Translations under genes and position numbers: made by a program
IMG/VR virus record: IMGVR_UViG_3300033068_001142
Location: 1-48,261 of that record
From: a virus
Lineage: Duplodnaviria; Heunggongvirae; Uroviricota; Caudoviricetes
Direction: 5' to 3' (one strand)
Length of the DNA stretch: 48,261 nucleotides
Part shown: one piece after another, positions 20,401 through 29,100 of the stretch
How positions within the stretch are numbered: position 1 is the stretch's first letter
Layout of the letters: each line of letters begins with the position of its first letter
Notes under the pieces: generated by a model
Told to the model about the DNA's origin: nothing
The model's database searches: none
The model's input: the letters and a program-made list of their open reading frames with translations, nothing else

Positions 20401-21083
20401 AATATAGGATACCAACACTTAGTTCTATATCTGAGCCTATTCAAACTTATACTGGAAAAGGTACAAAGACGTTAGTAGGTAGTATATTTCCTTACAATTA
20501 TACAACAGCTAATAGTAACCTTAAATCAAGAAAGAAACGGCCAACTATTACTGTTACTAATACCAGTGTGATATATTCTTCAAATAGTCTAGGACCTAAT
20601 GCGTACCTTGACTATAACGGTGGATACTACCCCCTTCTGCCTAATACACCAAACTTTGGCAATGGGAATGGGACATTAGTTGAGATATGGTTTGGAGGTG
20701 TTCTTCTTGTTAGGTTTGGGTCATACTATCCGTATGATATTACTCATAGATGTTATGTGTATGACGCGCTAACCCAGACTTATGTTGATGGAGGCATATA
20801 CCTTACATACAGCCCAGGTAGTTTAGATAAAACGCTTACATTAACTACATCTACTTTCGATGTAAAACTACATTATACAAGGGAGTATTCACAGTATTGT
20901 GATGGTGAGGGATGCTACTCTAGTTCAGGAGGTAGTTTAACATTATCTTTGCTTTCAAAATCATTTGTACTACCATTTGACTTTACATTTGGTAATTTAG
21001 AGATAAGAAGTATCTACTCATCTAATGAGGCAGATTTCAATTTAACAATTCCGTCTGGAATTATTATTAATAATATGATATAG
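14472..21083 (+). CDS. Giant repeat-built tail fibre/tail-tip protein (2203 aa)
   Basis: About 14 DGK-type repeats with P....GD(L/Y)W; DUF1983-like FWIKADKF..PFTVD..GEI segment; CBM-like C-terminal domains. Confidence 0.75.
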   Translation: MVEITNENGIEVIVSDPSIEADVVNLNELDIRVSKKEYTIVGDDIYIPKLYDDAPEWMKNLVQIVVDVSLETGNTDLINQLNSVLSEFATQYVPLNQYTQSILDLSNEDTRINAVIETLNSNYNDGISEANAQIIGLQLTKASKTEVVAQVLQTISAELQNDESNLGAVVARLDQAIADESSARAMSFETVMASMESLDGTVSGEASATSKLYAYVGYERDGSTTGTGLLADVQILQKQNDGVIETYTGTYDVMIGIEDPNNNTDNDQLDATKEPYASWIAEDTLNGNNAVRSSHTGDVFIKYSTSEFGYKTYIRAYKFIRTIPDATSPYSTDLEGFTWAVISDTDAQNAYIAALNALDLADDKRRVYVGLGTTTTPSVPYDQGDLWLIDAARTVNGYACKVGDILRCLESKGKVATYEENDWVLTSSYANAVAAEAAALETWKNTTYASTIATIQTQVDGKAETFYQSSIPTGRIKSINVPTNSTLDKYVGDLWKNTYVGTTGGYLGDNTEYIYTKTANGSNWNYDWTKMEVPDIVFDTIDTKKSIYSGNSLPVAVYPDVIELNDMWITGDTPVAPYVAKSIYVWSKTGSNPDTFRWVIPVKYTDDTATVALQTGLVNGTVIVNLASATIDGSKALTTYVAEEIDKEVVIYSGTNHATQTGMKSNDIYIEKTTAVSSSGITIDVVNTWKYNGSAWVQIGNNSNLTALADLTDGKRTIYSGTSLPINSTLNPLRPNDLFIPTSTFVANTITYTANEMYRYNGVSWEKATRYDEIKSLLQTQIDNKIETTYGGATPPYANRTNVAKDPRGGDYWYCDTDGAYLKGNVYKYTETANGSNFNYTWTLSSDVSKGAFDLADKKRIIFGNAGNSVPTLGEGLALADIWIPSSDGSIYLSGKVYKCTNLNPIAFVEVDYTNDEVVNGIISGTTPLDPNTITIGNINTTFLEYITAEIDGKVGVYSGETAPVNGQPSGVAVNDIYLWFTTASKVLANGTTQVYDITRTYKYSGTVWNEITTDSNIVALADLADGKRTVFSGNTVPVGSVDRDIWIPSADVSITTSAMCSVANGTWNGTSCSVSKYYQGEVYQFSATGKWIVATKYTANLEAVRTNLQGQLDGKVETYYQATVPTGMTALNNGDYWYCTADVSTYKKGKVYKYVHATTSWAETADVSRYAFDVADGKAAIFSSTNLPTSGYKINDMLIVVGSFNNGTTTFADGVVLSSTANRTSGFTPADWVKKINDTEDLDAFVSGTYTPTVTSLQNQVDGKVESWFQNSTSDPKTAWTDAATRSKHDGDLWYQLDTNRSYWYSSSTNAWNLIDDEKAIQALTNAAAAQTSANNAQTSANTANSLLADIASDNKLVPSEKVAVKKEWDIIQSEYTKNWAQGNVYGVSTSSYTSAYNSLSGYITPLLSSLTTTSDIVGTTFRNMFKAYYDANVDVLNAVANKINAIADGKITSYYIDTFSSLQALSNGWTTAEKTSNVGDLATVWNDSTLDNNGLWRWNGTSWVSARDKKLVSIAGEVTNLSTELNNGTNTWASADSELENSLRTEISSEGARVESKFAYNSTLVLNGTSYSSGFGIATSLTSGSGLPTGQSEFWIKADKFKLMSADGSKKSSYSPFTVDSVTGEINFNGKVSFNSIPRSPTNIIAETWSEGNGSTPLYNIVGSSYENARIYMNNPSGQLSVVWACIADGTGNSDGGWDTVPFQIDRTKTYRFSVFIKTNQANGSSYLGCGPNTVTTLNSSTKDGNPYFWYGDLPSQNEWYLLVGYVYPSGKTGLVSNGGIYSCTNGRKVANTTDFNWAADAVNSNHRCYLYYSDSQFTRQFMYDPRVEMVDGNEPSILDMINTTNVGYSPSEVVSSINGGQTTTIDGGKITTGSITASQINTVGLIAENISANEIVGKTMTGSIINGASINGSVIKTSYLDLDGDLEVLTDYHLCTSQSQLDALLTSGGDGRLVGFNDKVENGGDAIFMEASNEYRIPTLSSISEPIQTYTGKGTKTLVGSIFPYNYTTANSNLKSRKKRPTITVTNTSVIYSSNSLGPNAYLDYNGGYYPLLPNTPNFGNGNGTLVEIWFGGVLLVRFGSYYPYDITHRCYVYDALTQTYVDGGIYLTYSPGSLDKTLTLTTSTFDVKLHYTREYSQYCDGEGCYSSSGGSLTLSLLSKSFVLPFDFTFGNLEIRSIYSSNEADFNLTIPSGIIINNMI

Positions 21084-21091
21084 GATGTGTT

Positions 21092-21538
21092 ATGCTTGTA
21101 GTAATTGATATTAAAACAAAAGAAATAATGAGAGTAATAGTGGATACTGAAGAGTATAAAGTAATTGACTTCTATAACAATGGTAGAATCTTAGGAGAAA
21201 TCTTAGACCCTGTGATTGGTATGGCTATTGTTGATGGTAAAAATAAATTAGTATTTAGAAAGATATCAGATGATGAGTTTAAAGAAGGCACTTATAAGTT
21301 TTTCAAGGAAGTAAGAGATATTCTGGTACTAGTTATAAAGGTAAACTATAACGGTGATGTATATCAAGGTGACGAGGTAAGTCAGAGTAGAATGAGTAGA
21401 GCTGTCTTAAGTATGACACCAGAAGATACCATACGATGGAAGACTGCTGATAATAAGGAGGTAGTACTAACAAGAAGTGACCTATCAGAAATACTTAGGT
21501 TAGCTGGACAAGAACAAACTAGACTGTGGTTTGAGTAA
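21092..21538 (+). CDS. Tail fibre assembly protein (DUF4376-like)
   Basis: YQGDEVSQSRM..RWKTADN..LT..L motif. Confidence 0.7.
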   Translation: MLVVIDIKTKEIMRVIVDTEEYKVIDFYNNGRILGEILDPVIGMAIVDGKNKLVFRKISDDEFKEGTYKFFKEVRDILVLVIKVNYNGDVYQGDEVSQSRMSRAVLSMTPEDTIRWKTADNKEVVLTRSDLSEILRLAGQEQTRLWFE

Positions 21539-21553
21539 TAAAATGGAGAATAG

Positions 21554-21661
21554 ATGGCAATAAACGTAAACACACTTGTTCCGGCAAGTTTGAAATCAAA
21601 AAATGTAGCTACTGAAGAATACGTTGATACCTCTTCTCTTTTGTACAATTGCGGTATCTAA
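21554..21661 (+). pseudogene. 35-aa probable remnant of a tail fibre gene
   Basis: GGAG RBS and ATG; MAINVNTLVPASLKSKNVATEEYVDTS contains the fibre A-T-x-x-Y-V-D motif, then stops abruptly. Confidence 0.45.
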
Positions 21662-21676
21662 ATATTTGACAGACGT

Positions 21677-21698
21677 TACTAAGTAATATGCTAAAGTT
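21677..21698 (+). promoter_or_regulatory. Predicted extended -10 promoter
   Basis: TACTAAGTAATATGCTAAAGT; same architecture as 24223-24247. Confidence 0.45.
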
Positions 21699-21728
21699 AA
21701 CACGTAACTAAAATAAAAAAGGAAATAA

Positions 21729-22583
21729 ATGGCAACGATTTTAATAGAAACAGACTTAGACGTAGTCGATAAACAGCGTCGGTTGGTTGAAGAGGCTTTA
21801 GGGCCTGATGGTGTGTATATTAGAATGAAAAACACGTTAGAGGATTTACTTGATAGAGGTGAGATTAAGGGAACTGATAGGGCTAAGGTAGTGGCTGAGA
21901 CCATTGCCGGTATGGCTGGACAGATTACAGCTACGTGTATTAGTGGTGGTTTACAGTGGGCTAGTCAAGAGAAAGAGTTAGCTTTTAAAAAGTTAGAGCT
22001 AGAGAAGCAGCTGGATATCCTAGATCAGAATAAGTTGTTGGTAGCTAATCAAGTTAGTGACAGTTTAGCTAGTAGGCAAGTTAGGCAGGCTCAATTAAGA
22101 AGGGAGTATGGAACTCCAACGTTAGATGGTGCTGGAAATGTTGTTGGATTAGCTAATGATGGTAAGGAGTATTACAGTACGTTGAATATACAAGCTGATA
22201 CTGCTAATAAAGGGATTCAAGGACAAGTGTTGACAGCTCAGAAAGAGAGTACGTATGCACAAACACATAAGATAGTGGCTGATACGTTTGTTAATCATGG
22301 AGTGTTTACATGGACAGGGTTAACAGGTACGGGGATGACTGGAGTAGTTAAGACAAGTACTGGGTATACTACGTTAAGTGACATTCAGAAACAAGTTGCT
22401 GCTGAACAGGCTAAGGGGTATTCTTACAATGCGTGGGCTAATGTAGCTAGTGCTAGTGGTGGTATGATTGGAACGTTGATTGCAGCAGAGATTCCAAACT
22501 TAGATCCTACGTTGTACTTGAATACGTGGAAGACAGCAGTAGATAAGATTAACGGTGTATCAGCTCCAAGTATTACGATATGA
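21729..22583 (+). CDS. N4 gp54-like protein (paralog 2, 284 aa)
   Basis: DGVYIRMKNTL..LDRGEIKGTDRAKV parallels GTFDKLMNTI..SGRLKGTDYANV; C-terminal EQAKGY motif. Confidence 0.6.
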   Translation: MATILIETDLDVVDKQRRLVEEALGPDGVYIRMKNTLEDLLDRGEIKGTDRAKVVAETIAGMAGQITATCISGGLQWASQEKELAFKKLELEKQLDILDQNKLLVANQVSDSLASRQVRQAQLRREYGTPTLDGAGNVVGLANDGKEYYSTLNIQADTANKGIQGQVLTAQKESTYAQTHKIVADTFVNHGVFTWTGLTGTGMTGVVKTSTGYTTLSDIQKQVAAEQAKGYSYNAWANVASASGGMIGTLIAAEIPNLDPTLYLNTWKTAVDKINGVSAPSITI

Positions 22584-24217
22584 AGTTAAATATAGACTTT
22601 TTTGCTACTGTCAAGAATGACATGTTAGCTATAAAGAAGTTTAAGAATAGACTAAAGAAGTACTGGGGTACTGAGGTGATTGATGGGGTAGAAGTGTTTA
22701 GTAAATACTTTTACCTTTATCCTAGGGACTTGAATAGTAAAGAAGCTTCTACAGTGTTGAAGATGATAGGTGCTTGGAATAGTGTGGTTAATGCTGATTT
22801 TGGTGGTGTTGAGAGTTATTACTTGTACTTGAATGCTGATAAGTGGACTGGGCAGAGTGAGTTAGTGTGGGATGTACTGATTGATAAGATTGAAGAGTTT
22901 GTGCCGATAGGTGAAAAGTTTGAGGTTAACATTAACTTTACGGAAGATACTAAAGAAAATGTATATGCTGGATACACTAAAGAACAATTGTTAGAGTATG
23001 TTGATAATAACTATGATAGGATTGTTGATACTATGTGGATTGAAGCTAGAGCTAGTTCTTTGACGTTAGAGGGTGTTGGTAAGTATGTGTTACTTGATGA
23101 TGGTACTATCTTTAATGTTAGTGTTAAGGATTGTAGAATTATGCCTAAGTTGGTTAGGGAGAGTGAAAAATCGGACCATTACGTAACTACGTTGAGTCTG
23201 CAGCTAGAAGTTAGTAGAAAGAGTGCTATTAGTGAGAGTTCAGCGTTTATACAAGGTATTAAGAGAGAAACGAGTGAAGCTGAGATTAGGAAACTAAGGG
23301 AAGTTCAAGATCAAGATTTGCCTACTGATGGCGGGTGGTTTGGTAGAGTTAGGAGAGGTAAGACTGATGATTTTTGGTACAAGGGACAGCTAAGAGTTCA
23401 GACTGCTGACAGTTATTACTTGAATAGGAATAGGTTTATTGATTTGTTTACTAGAAGTTTGGATACTGGATATACTCAGAAAAAAACCAAGTGGTGGAAA
23501 GAGATTCTTGGAGTTGTGATAATATTCATTGCTATTATATTAGCTATACCATCTGGTGGGACTAGTCTGAGCTTAGTTACATTAGGATTGTACCTTGGAA
23601 TTGCTACGTTGATAATGACTGCTATACAGTACTCGATGGCTAGGGATGGAGACGTTGCTGGTGCTGAGACTATGGGTAAGTGGATTAAGGTTGGGCAAGT
23701 GTTGAGTGTTGCAGCAGGGATAGCGTCTGTAATAGAAAACATTGCTAAGAATGGGTTGATGGCTACAATAATGGCAGGTGGACAAGAAGCTGGTATGCAA
23801 GTGACTCAGACTACTGTGTTGGAAGCTACTACTGCTGGAATGAGCACTGAATTAGGTACGGTTGTTGGTAATGAAGTAGCTGTGACTACAACTGCCTCTG
23901 CTGGTACAAGTTACATTAGTTTGTTTAGTAAGGCAGCTCAGGTGTTGGACAGCATTGTTAGTTTTAGGGAAAAGATGAAGGTTGAGAAGTTTGAGGCTGA
24001 GAGACGTTCGATAATGGAGGAGACTAAGCAGGCTGAGGATGAGTTAGCTCAATTGTATGACAAAGAATTGCATATTGGTATCGAGGATATTAGGATGTAT
24101 ACAAATCCGTTAAAGATGGAAAATTTACAATTTGAAGTTGATTACTTGTACGAGCCTACTAAGTATAACATTGGTAGACCAAGTTTTGTGCCGATTGGGC
24201 TGAATGAGATAAGTTAA
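22580..24217 (+). CDS. N4 gp53-like membrane-spanning virion protein
   Basis: KKTKWWKEILGVVIIFIAIILAIPSGG plus further hydrophobic helices; position before gp52/51/50-like genes. Confidence 0.6.
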   Translation: MKLNIDFFATVKNDMLAIKKFKNRLKKYWGTEVIDGVEVFSKYFYLYPRDLNSKEASTVLKMIGAWNSVVNADFGGVESYYLYLNADKWTGQSELVWDVLIDKIEEFVPIGEKFEVNINFTEDTKENVYAGYTKEQLLEYVDNNYDRIVDTMWIEARASSLTLEGVGKYVLLDDGTIFNVSVKDCRIMPKLVRESEKSDHYVTTLSLQLEVSRKSAISESSAFIQGIKRETSEAEIRKLREVQDQDLPTDGGWFGRVRRGKTDDFWYKGQLRVQTADSYYLNRNRFIDLFTRSLDTGYTQKKTKWWKEILGVVIIFIAIILAIPSGGTSLSLVTLGLYLGIATLIMTAIQYSMARDGDVAGAETMGKWIKVGQVLSVAAGIASVIENIAKNGLMATIMAGGQEAGMQVTQTTVLEATTAGMSTELGTVVGNEVAVTTTASAGTSYISLFSKAAQVLDSIVSFREKMKVEKFEAERRSIMEETKQAEDELAQLYDKELHIGIEDIRMYTNPLKMENLQFEVDYLYEPTKYNIGRPSFVPIGLNEIS

Positions 24218-24222
24218 GTGTG

Positions 24223-24247
24223 TACTAAGCAAAAATATGGTATATTA
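24223..24247 (+). promoter_or_regulatory. Predicted extended -10 promoter
   Basis: TACTAAGCAAAAATATGGTATATT (TGn-TATATT). Confidence 0.5.
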
Positions 24248-24266
24248 GAAATAAAAAGGAGAGAAA

Positions 24267-24602
24267 GTGCCGGAATTTAATTTAAGTGATTACATGAAAA
24301 TGAAAAAGGATTATGATGATCAATCTGCGTTGTGGGGATTGACAACCAATAAAGGACTGTCAGATATGAGTCAGGTAATGCCGTATTTTGGGACAGGTTA
24401 CGAAATAGGGAGTAGTCTATTTGGCGATAAAAAAGAAGACCGTAAGTTAAATAGGAATATTATGAAAGAGAACTTAGGTATGTTGAAAGAGCAGAGAGCA
24501 GCTAACCAAGAAATGCTAGGAAATAAGAGAAAGTTTAATGAGAATTGGGCTAATGCTAGTAATGGGTTAGCGGCTAGAGCAACAGAAGGTACAATAGTAT
24601 GA
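24267..24602 (+). CDS. N4 gp52-like small ejection protein
   Basis: GTG start after AAGGAG; Cys-free; ends NASNGLAARA; synteny. Confidence 0.55.
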   Translation: MPEFNLSDYMKMKKDYDDQSALWGLTTNKGLSDMSQVMPYFGTGYEIGSSLFGDKKEDRKLNRNIMKENLGMLKEQRAANQEMLGNKRKFNENWANASNGLAARATEGTIV

Positions 24603-26038
24603 TAGGAAATACTAGGTTTAAACCAGACTATAGTCAGGGACGTCCATATGATTACAATACGCAAAGTATTGGAGATATGCTGCTAGAAGCTGGTAAAATT
24701 ATGGGACAAAACTACCAGACTGGACTGGATAGAGCTGAGAGAGCTTATGAAGCAGAACAAAAAGCAAAACAGTATAACATAGAATTAGGGTTTAAGCAGA
24801 GAGCTGAGGATAGAGAAGTTGCTAAAGAGAATAGGGATAGACTTAAAGAGCAGTTTCAAGCTGATGCTGTTAGTGCTACTTTATATCCTAGTAGGTTTAA
24901 GGAAAGCAAATTAGCTGGAGAAAGAAGTGCATTAGAAGCGTCAATAGCAGGACTTCCACAAACAGAGAGGGAGGCTATACTGAAACAGTATAATCCAACT
25001 GTTAGTGGTAATCAGTGGGTGAGTAGTACATTAGCTAGTCCATATGTTAATCAAGCGGATTTAGTTAAAGCTAAGAGTGCTGACATGGAAATTAAGATTA
25101 AAGACCCAAATAGTGCTGAGTTTAAGGCATTACAAGATGCTGAGTTAGAATTAGCTAAAAGGAAAAATGCGATTGATGTATCTGGAAAGTTGGCTGTGCT
25201 AAATGCACAAAATGCCTTAGAGGAATCTAAAGAAAGGAAGAAAGAGGCTGGATTGAGAGATACGTACTCAGCGTTGATTACACCGACTACAAAAACTGTT
25301 GTGGCTAATGAGGAAGACATTAAAAATGCAAAGGTAACTCAAGACAATATAATGAAATTACAAGAAAAATATGGTGATAAGGTATTAGAGTTTTACGAAA
25401 AGAACCCTAGAGCTCAAAGCCTACCTGATAGCACAGCAGCTAGAACATATGCTAGAAATAGGTTAGGATTAAAGGAAGATCCGGTACTGAATACACTACC
25501 TGCCGAGAGGTTTGAGGAAGTTCCGAAAACTAGAGAGGAGTATATAAAGGATGTGTTTAGCAAAGTTAATCCAATAAAAGTTGGAGCAAGTGGGTTACAA
25601 ACGATAAATCAAAGAGTATCAGACCTGTATAAAGAAGATCCAAAGAAAATTGAAGAACGTAAAAAGGTAGCAGGATATACAGAACTGCTAAAAGGTATGA
25701 AAGTTGATGTACCTAGTACTGCTGACTCTAGTGTGCTTAAGAACCTGTACGAAAATGAAGTAGATAAGAGAAAAGAGGGATCAGGTGGATCTACTAAATA
25801 TGGACCAGGACCAAAAACACTTAACATGCTGAATACACTTGATATCGACACTGTTGGTATAGTTGGTGGTAATGATCAAAAGAAGATTATGGATATAGCA
25901 AGAGAGTATAAGATTACTGATGATGAACTAGCTAACATAATTTCAGCAGCTGATGCTGAAGGTATAACACCTGTAAGTAGTGGTACTGTAAGAGACGAAG
26001 TAATACAGTACATAAAAGATAACTACAAGAAAAAATAA
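24599..26038 (+). CDS. N4 gp51-like ejection protein
   Basis: 479 aa, helical, no Cys; immediately before the vRNAP. Confidence 0.55.
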   Translation: MIGNTRFKPDYSQGRPYDYNTQSIGDMLLEAGKIMGQNYQTGLDRAERAYEAEQKAKQYNIELGFKQRAEDREVAKENRDRLKEQFQADAVSATLYPSRFKESKLAGERSALEASIAGLPQTEREAILKQYNPTVSGNQWVSSTLASPYVNQADLVKAKSADMEIKIKDPNSAEFKALQDAELELAKRKNAIDVSGKLAVLNAQNALEESKERKKEAGLRDTYSALITPTTKTVVANEEDIKNAKVTQDNIMKLQEKYGDKVLEFYEKNPRAQSLPDSTAARTYARNRLGLKEDPVLNTLPAERFEEVPKTREEYIKDVFSKVNPIKVGASGLQTINQRVSDLYKEDPKKIEERKKVAGYTELLKGMKVDVPSTADSSVLKNLYENEVDKRKEGSGGSTKYGPGPKTLNMLNTLDIDTVGIVGGNDQKKIMDIAREYKITDDELANIISAADAEGITPVSSGTVRDEVIQYIKDNYKKK

Positions 26039-26051
26039 CTATTTAATACAA

Positions 26052-26076
26052 CATAAAGGTACTATGTAGTATAATG
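26052..26076 (+). promoter_or_regulatory. Predicted promoter for the vRNAP gene
   Basis: TAAAGG..TGTAG-TATAAT (26070-26075); AGGAGG RBS before ATG 26108. Confidence 0.55.
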
Positions 26077-26107
26077 TAAAAAATTATACATTCATAGGAG
26101 GGCCTTT

Positions 26108-29100
26108 ATGGCTGACATATATAAAGAACTACTTAACACAGCTGCGTTAATGGATACTGACCCTACACCAGCTGATACAATTGCATTAAAGGCAATGACG
26201 TTAGAACAAAATAAACAATCAAAATTAAAAGCCTTAGGTGGGCTAAATCAAGGAAGTAACTTGAGTGAGAGTTACAGTTTGACTCCGCAAGGAAACCTTG
26301 AGTATAATAAAAATAAAATATGGAATGATGCTACCTCTGCGGAAGTACAAGGAATGTTAGGTGAAGCTGCAAGTAAATACCAAATATATCAAGATAATGG
26401 TAAATGGTTTCAAGGAACTGGTACTGATAAGAAAGAGTATACTGGAAATTTCAGTGATACACAGAGAGCATATATGTACGGTACAAAGGAAGACCCAAAT
26501 GCCGTAAAGTTTGGACTAGCTAGAGGTGATCTACCAAGCTCAGATTACAGGTATCTACCAGAACAAGCTACAAAAGAGGGTTATAGTACTGGAAAACGAG
26601 GCTACGGATGGGATGCAGGTGAACAAGGTGTAGACTTAGATAAAAAGTACATGGATATGGTATTGCCTAAAGATGTGGCTATCGCATTAGAAGGAGCAAT
26701 ACATGGAAGAACAAAAGCACTAGAGAATAGGGTGTACCCTAACATGCTTAGTGATAAAGGTGAGATAGGATCTGGAGCAAGTGAGTACTATACAAGTGCA
26801 GAAGGTATGTTAGGAAATACACAAGGATTAACTGCACAGGAGTTAAGTGTAGGGCAAGGTAAACTAGGAGAATATAGAAAAATTGTCCCAGTTGATGAGT
26901 ATGTTAGGCCTGACCTTAGCGGTGCTACCGACCTTGAATCATATAGCAAGTCTGGGAGTAAGTTGTCTTACGAGGATTGGGCTAACAGAGGTGATCAAAG
27001 AGATTCGGATGGTATTGATGCTTTACAGGTAGGTGCTGCAAGATGGTGGGGTAAAACTCAAGAAGCTGCAGGAGAATTGCTGAAAAGCTTAGCTGAACAA
27101 GATAAAGAATTTCTGGGAAAAGAAGATGCTAGGCTTAAAGAAAAATACAACGAGAAGGTATCTGAGTTTAGGAAATCATTTAACGAGGGGATTAAAGAGG
27201 CTGGTGAGTATCTGACTAAAAGAGGAGAATTCGTTAAGGATAATGCTTCAGAATATTACGGTTACAACGATGCGGGAAGTAAGACAGCTAAAGCAGTATG
27301 GGGCGAACTGAAACAAGGGAATGTGGTTAAGGCACTAGAGAATGTAAGTACAGAAGGTGTACTTGGGTTAGTGGCTGAATCACTACCAGAAAGGGCTATG
27401 TACTATAGCCCAACTACGTTGTTAACATCGTACGCAGGAAATGTAGCAGAAGCTAAGAAAGAGGCTGAAAAGATTGCGGGTGGTGAGATAAGTACTGGAA
27501 GAATGTCAGCTATACTGATTGGGGAAGGGTTGAGCATTGCATTGGATAAAGCAGTGTTTGATGGAATTATCTCACCTGCAAAAGCTGGGGATGTGATTGA
27601 AAAAGCTGCGGAGAAGTTAGCAGGGACAGTACCAAATGTGTTGTTGAGTGCATCGGTTAAATATGCAACAGATAAAGTTACAAGAGTTGCAGGAGCAGTT
27701 GCAGCTGAAGGTACACAAGAGGTGTTACAAGAAGGGCAAAGAATTGCAACTACACAACTTGGACAAAAAGACGTACTGACAGAAGAGAACTTAGATAGAC
27801 TAGGGGAGTCGCTAGTTGGTGGTGGATTAGCAGGTGGAGCTATGAGAGGAGGAGTTGAGACAATATCAACTGCTGGTGATGTGTTGAGAGGACCTTCAAG
27901 TGAACTACAAGCTAAAAGACTAGAAGAGCTAAAAAGTAAAACTAAGGAAGAAGTAAAGAATAACATGGAGTCTAGCTTGGATATGACTGGGTCAGTTGAG
28001 TTAGGTGAAGCAGATAGAGAAGTTGAAAGCACACTCGGAGTGGATTCAGTTAGCAGAATGTACAATGATTCAAGTAACGTAGATGAGATGTTAGCTAAGA
28101 TGAATGAAGCTAAGAAACAAATCTTGGCAGATGTGTATGAGTATGATGAAGCTACAGATAAATTTACAGGAGTGAAGGATGTTAGCAAGCTTGACAAGGT
28201 AGAAAAATGGTTTGAAGACTATGGGACTTTCCAAGCAGATGTGACAGGTAAAATACCTGAGAATATTCAAGATGAGATTGACCATATAAAGAAAGCCAAT
28301 CAAACATTTAAGACAGCTGAGACTGTCGGGGAAAGTGTTACGGGTATGGTTAAAGATAAGTTAGGGACTATGGAAGGACTTAGCGAAGAAGAGAAGATAA
28401 GTAATATAAATAAGCAAATCGATGATGTGATTAATACGTATAAGTTTGACGAAAAAGTACCTGGAGCTAAGGCAGCAATAACAAGAAAAGTTATGCAAGC
28501 ATATGAGCTATCAGGAATGGCAGGACTAGGAAATGGGATTAACCTTGAGATAGATAAAGATGTGTTAGAGAGTCAAGTTAAAGAAACGGCAGGAATTAAA
28601 GCTGGAACAACTGGACAAAGACTTACAAGTAGAGACGGAAAAGTAGTTGAAGTTGGAAGTGTAGCGAATGAAGAGTTGATGGGTATGTTGAGTGGAGAAG
28701 GTACAAGCTTCCCAGCAGATCACCCAAATACAAAATTCAGAAATACAGTGGTTAAGAAATTAGACCCACAAGAAGCGTTTAACGTTACAAGTGCATTGAC
28801 TGAAGTTGGAAGTAAAATGAATGAAGCTGCGGATAGAAATATCGGAGAAGCTGGAAGATACTTCAAAGGAGGGGATGTAAAGGGTAACATGGTTAGACTT
28901 ATGACTGTGGTAGCTAACGCAATTAACAGTCAAGTTGAGTCAGATACAGACTTAAGGTCGAATACAACTGGAAGTGATAGCTCATTAAGGTCTGGAGAGT
29001 ATTGGGCAGGATTGAACAATGTGTTGGAGCAAGCAGGTAAAGATTACGCAAGTACATATGGGTTAAGATTGACTGGAAAAGATAAGGTTGCATTAGCTAA

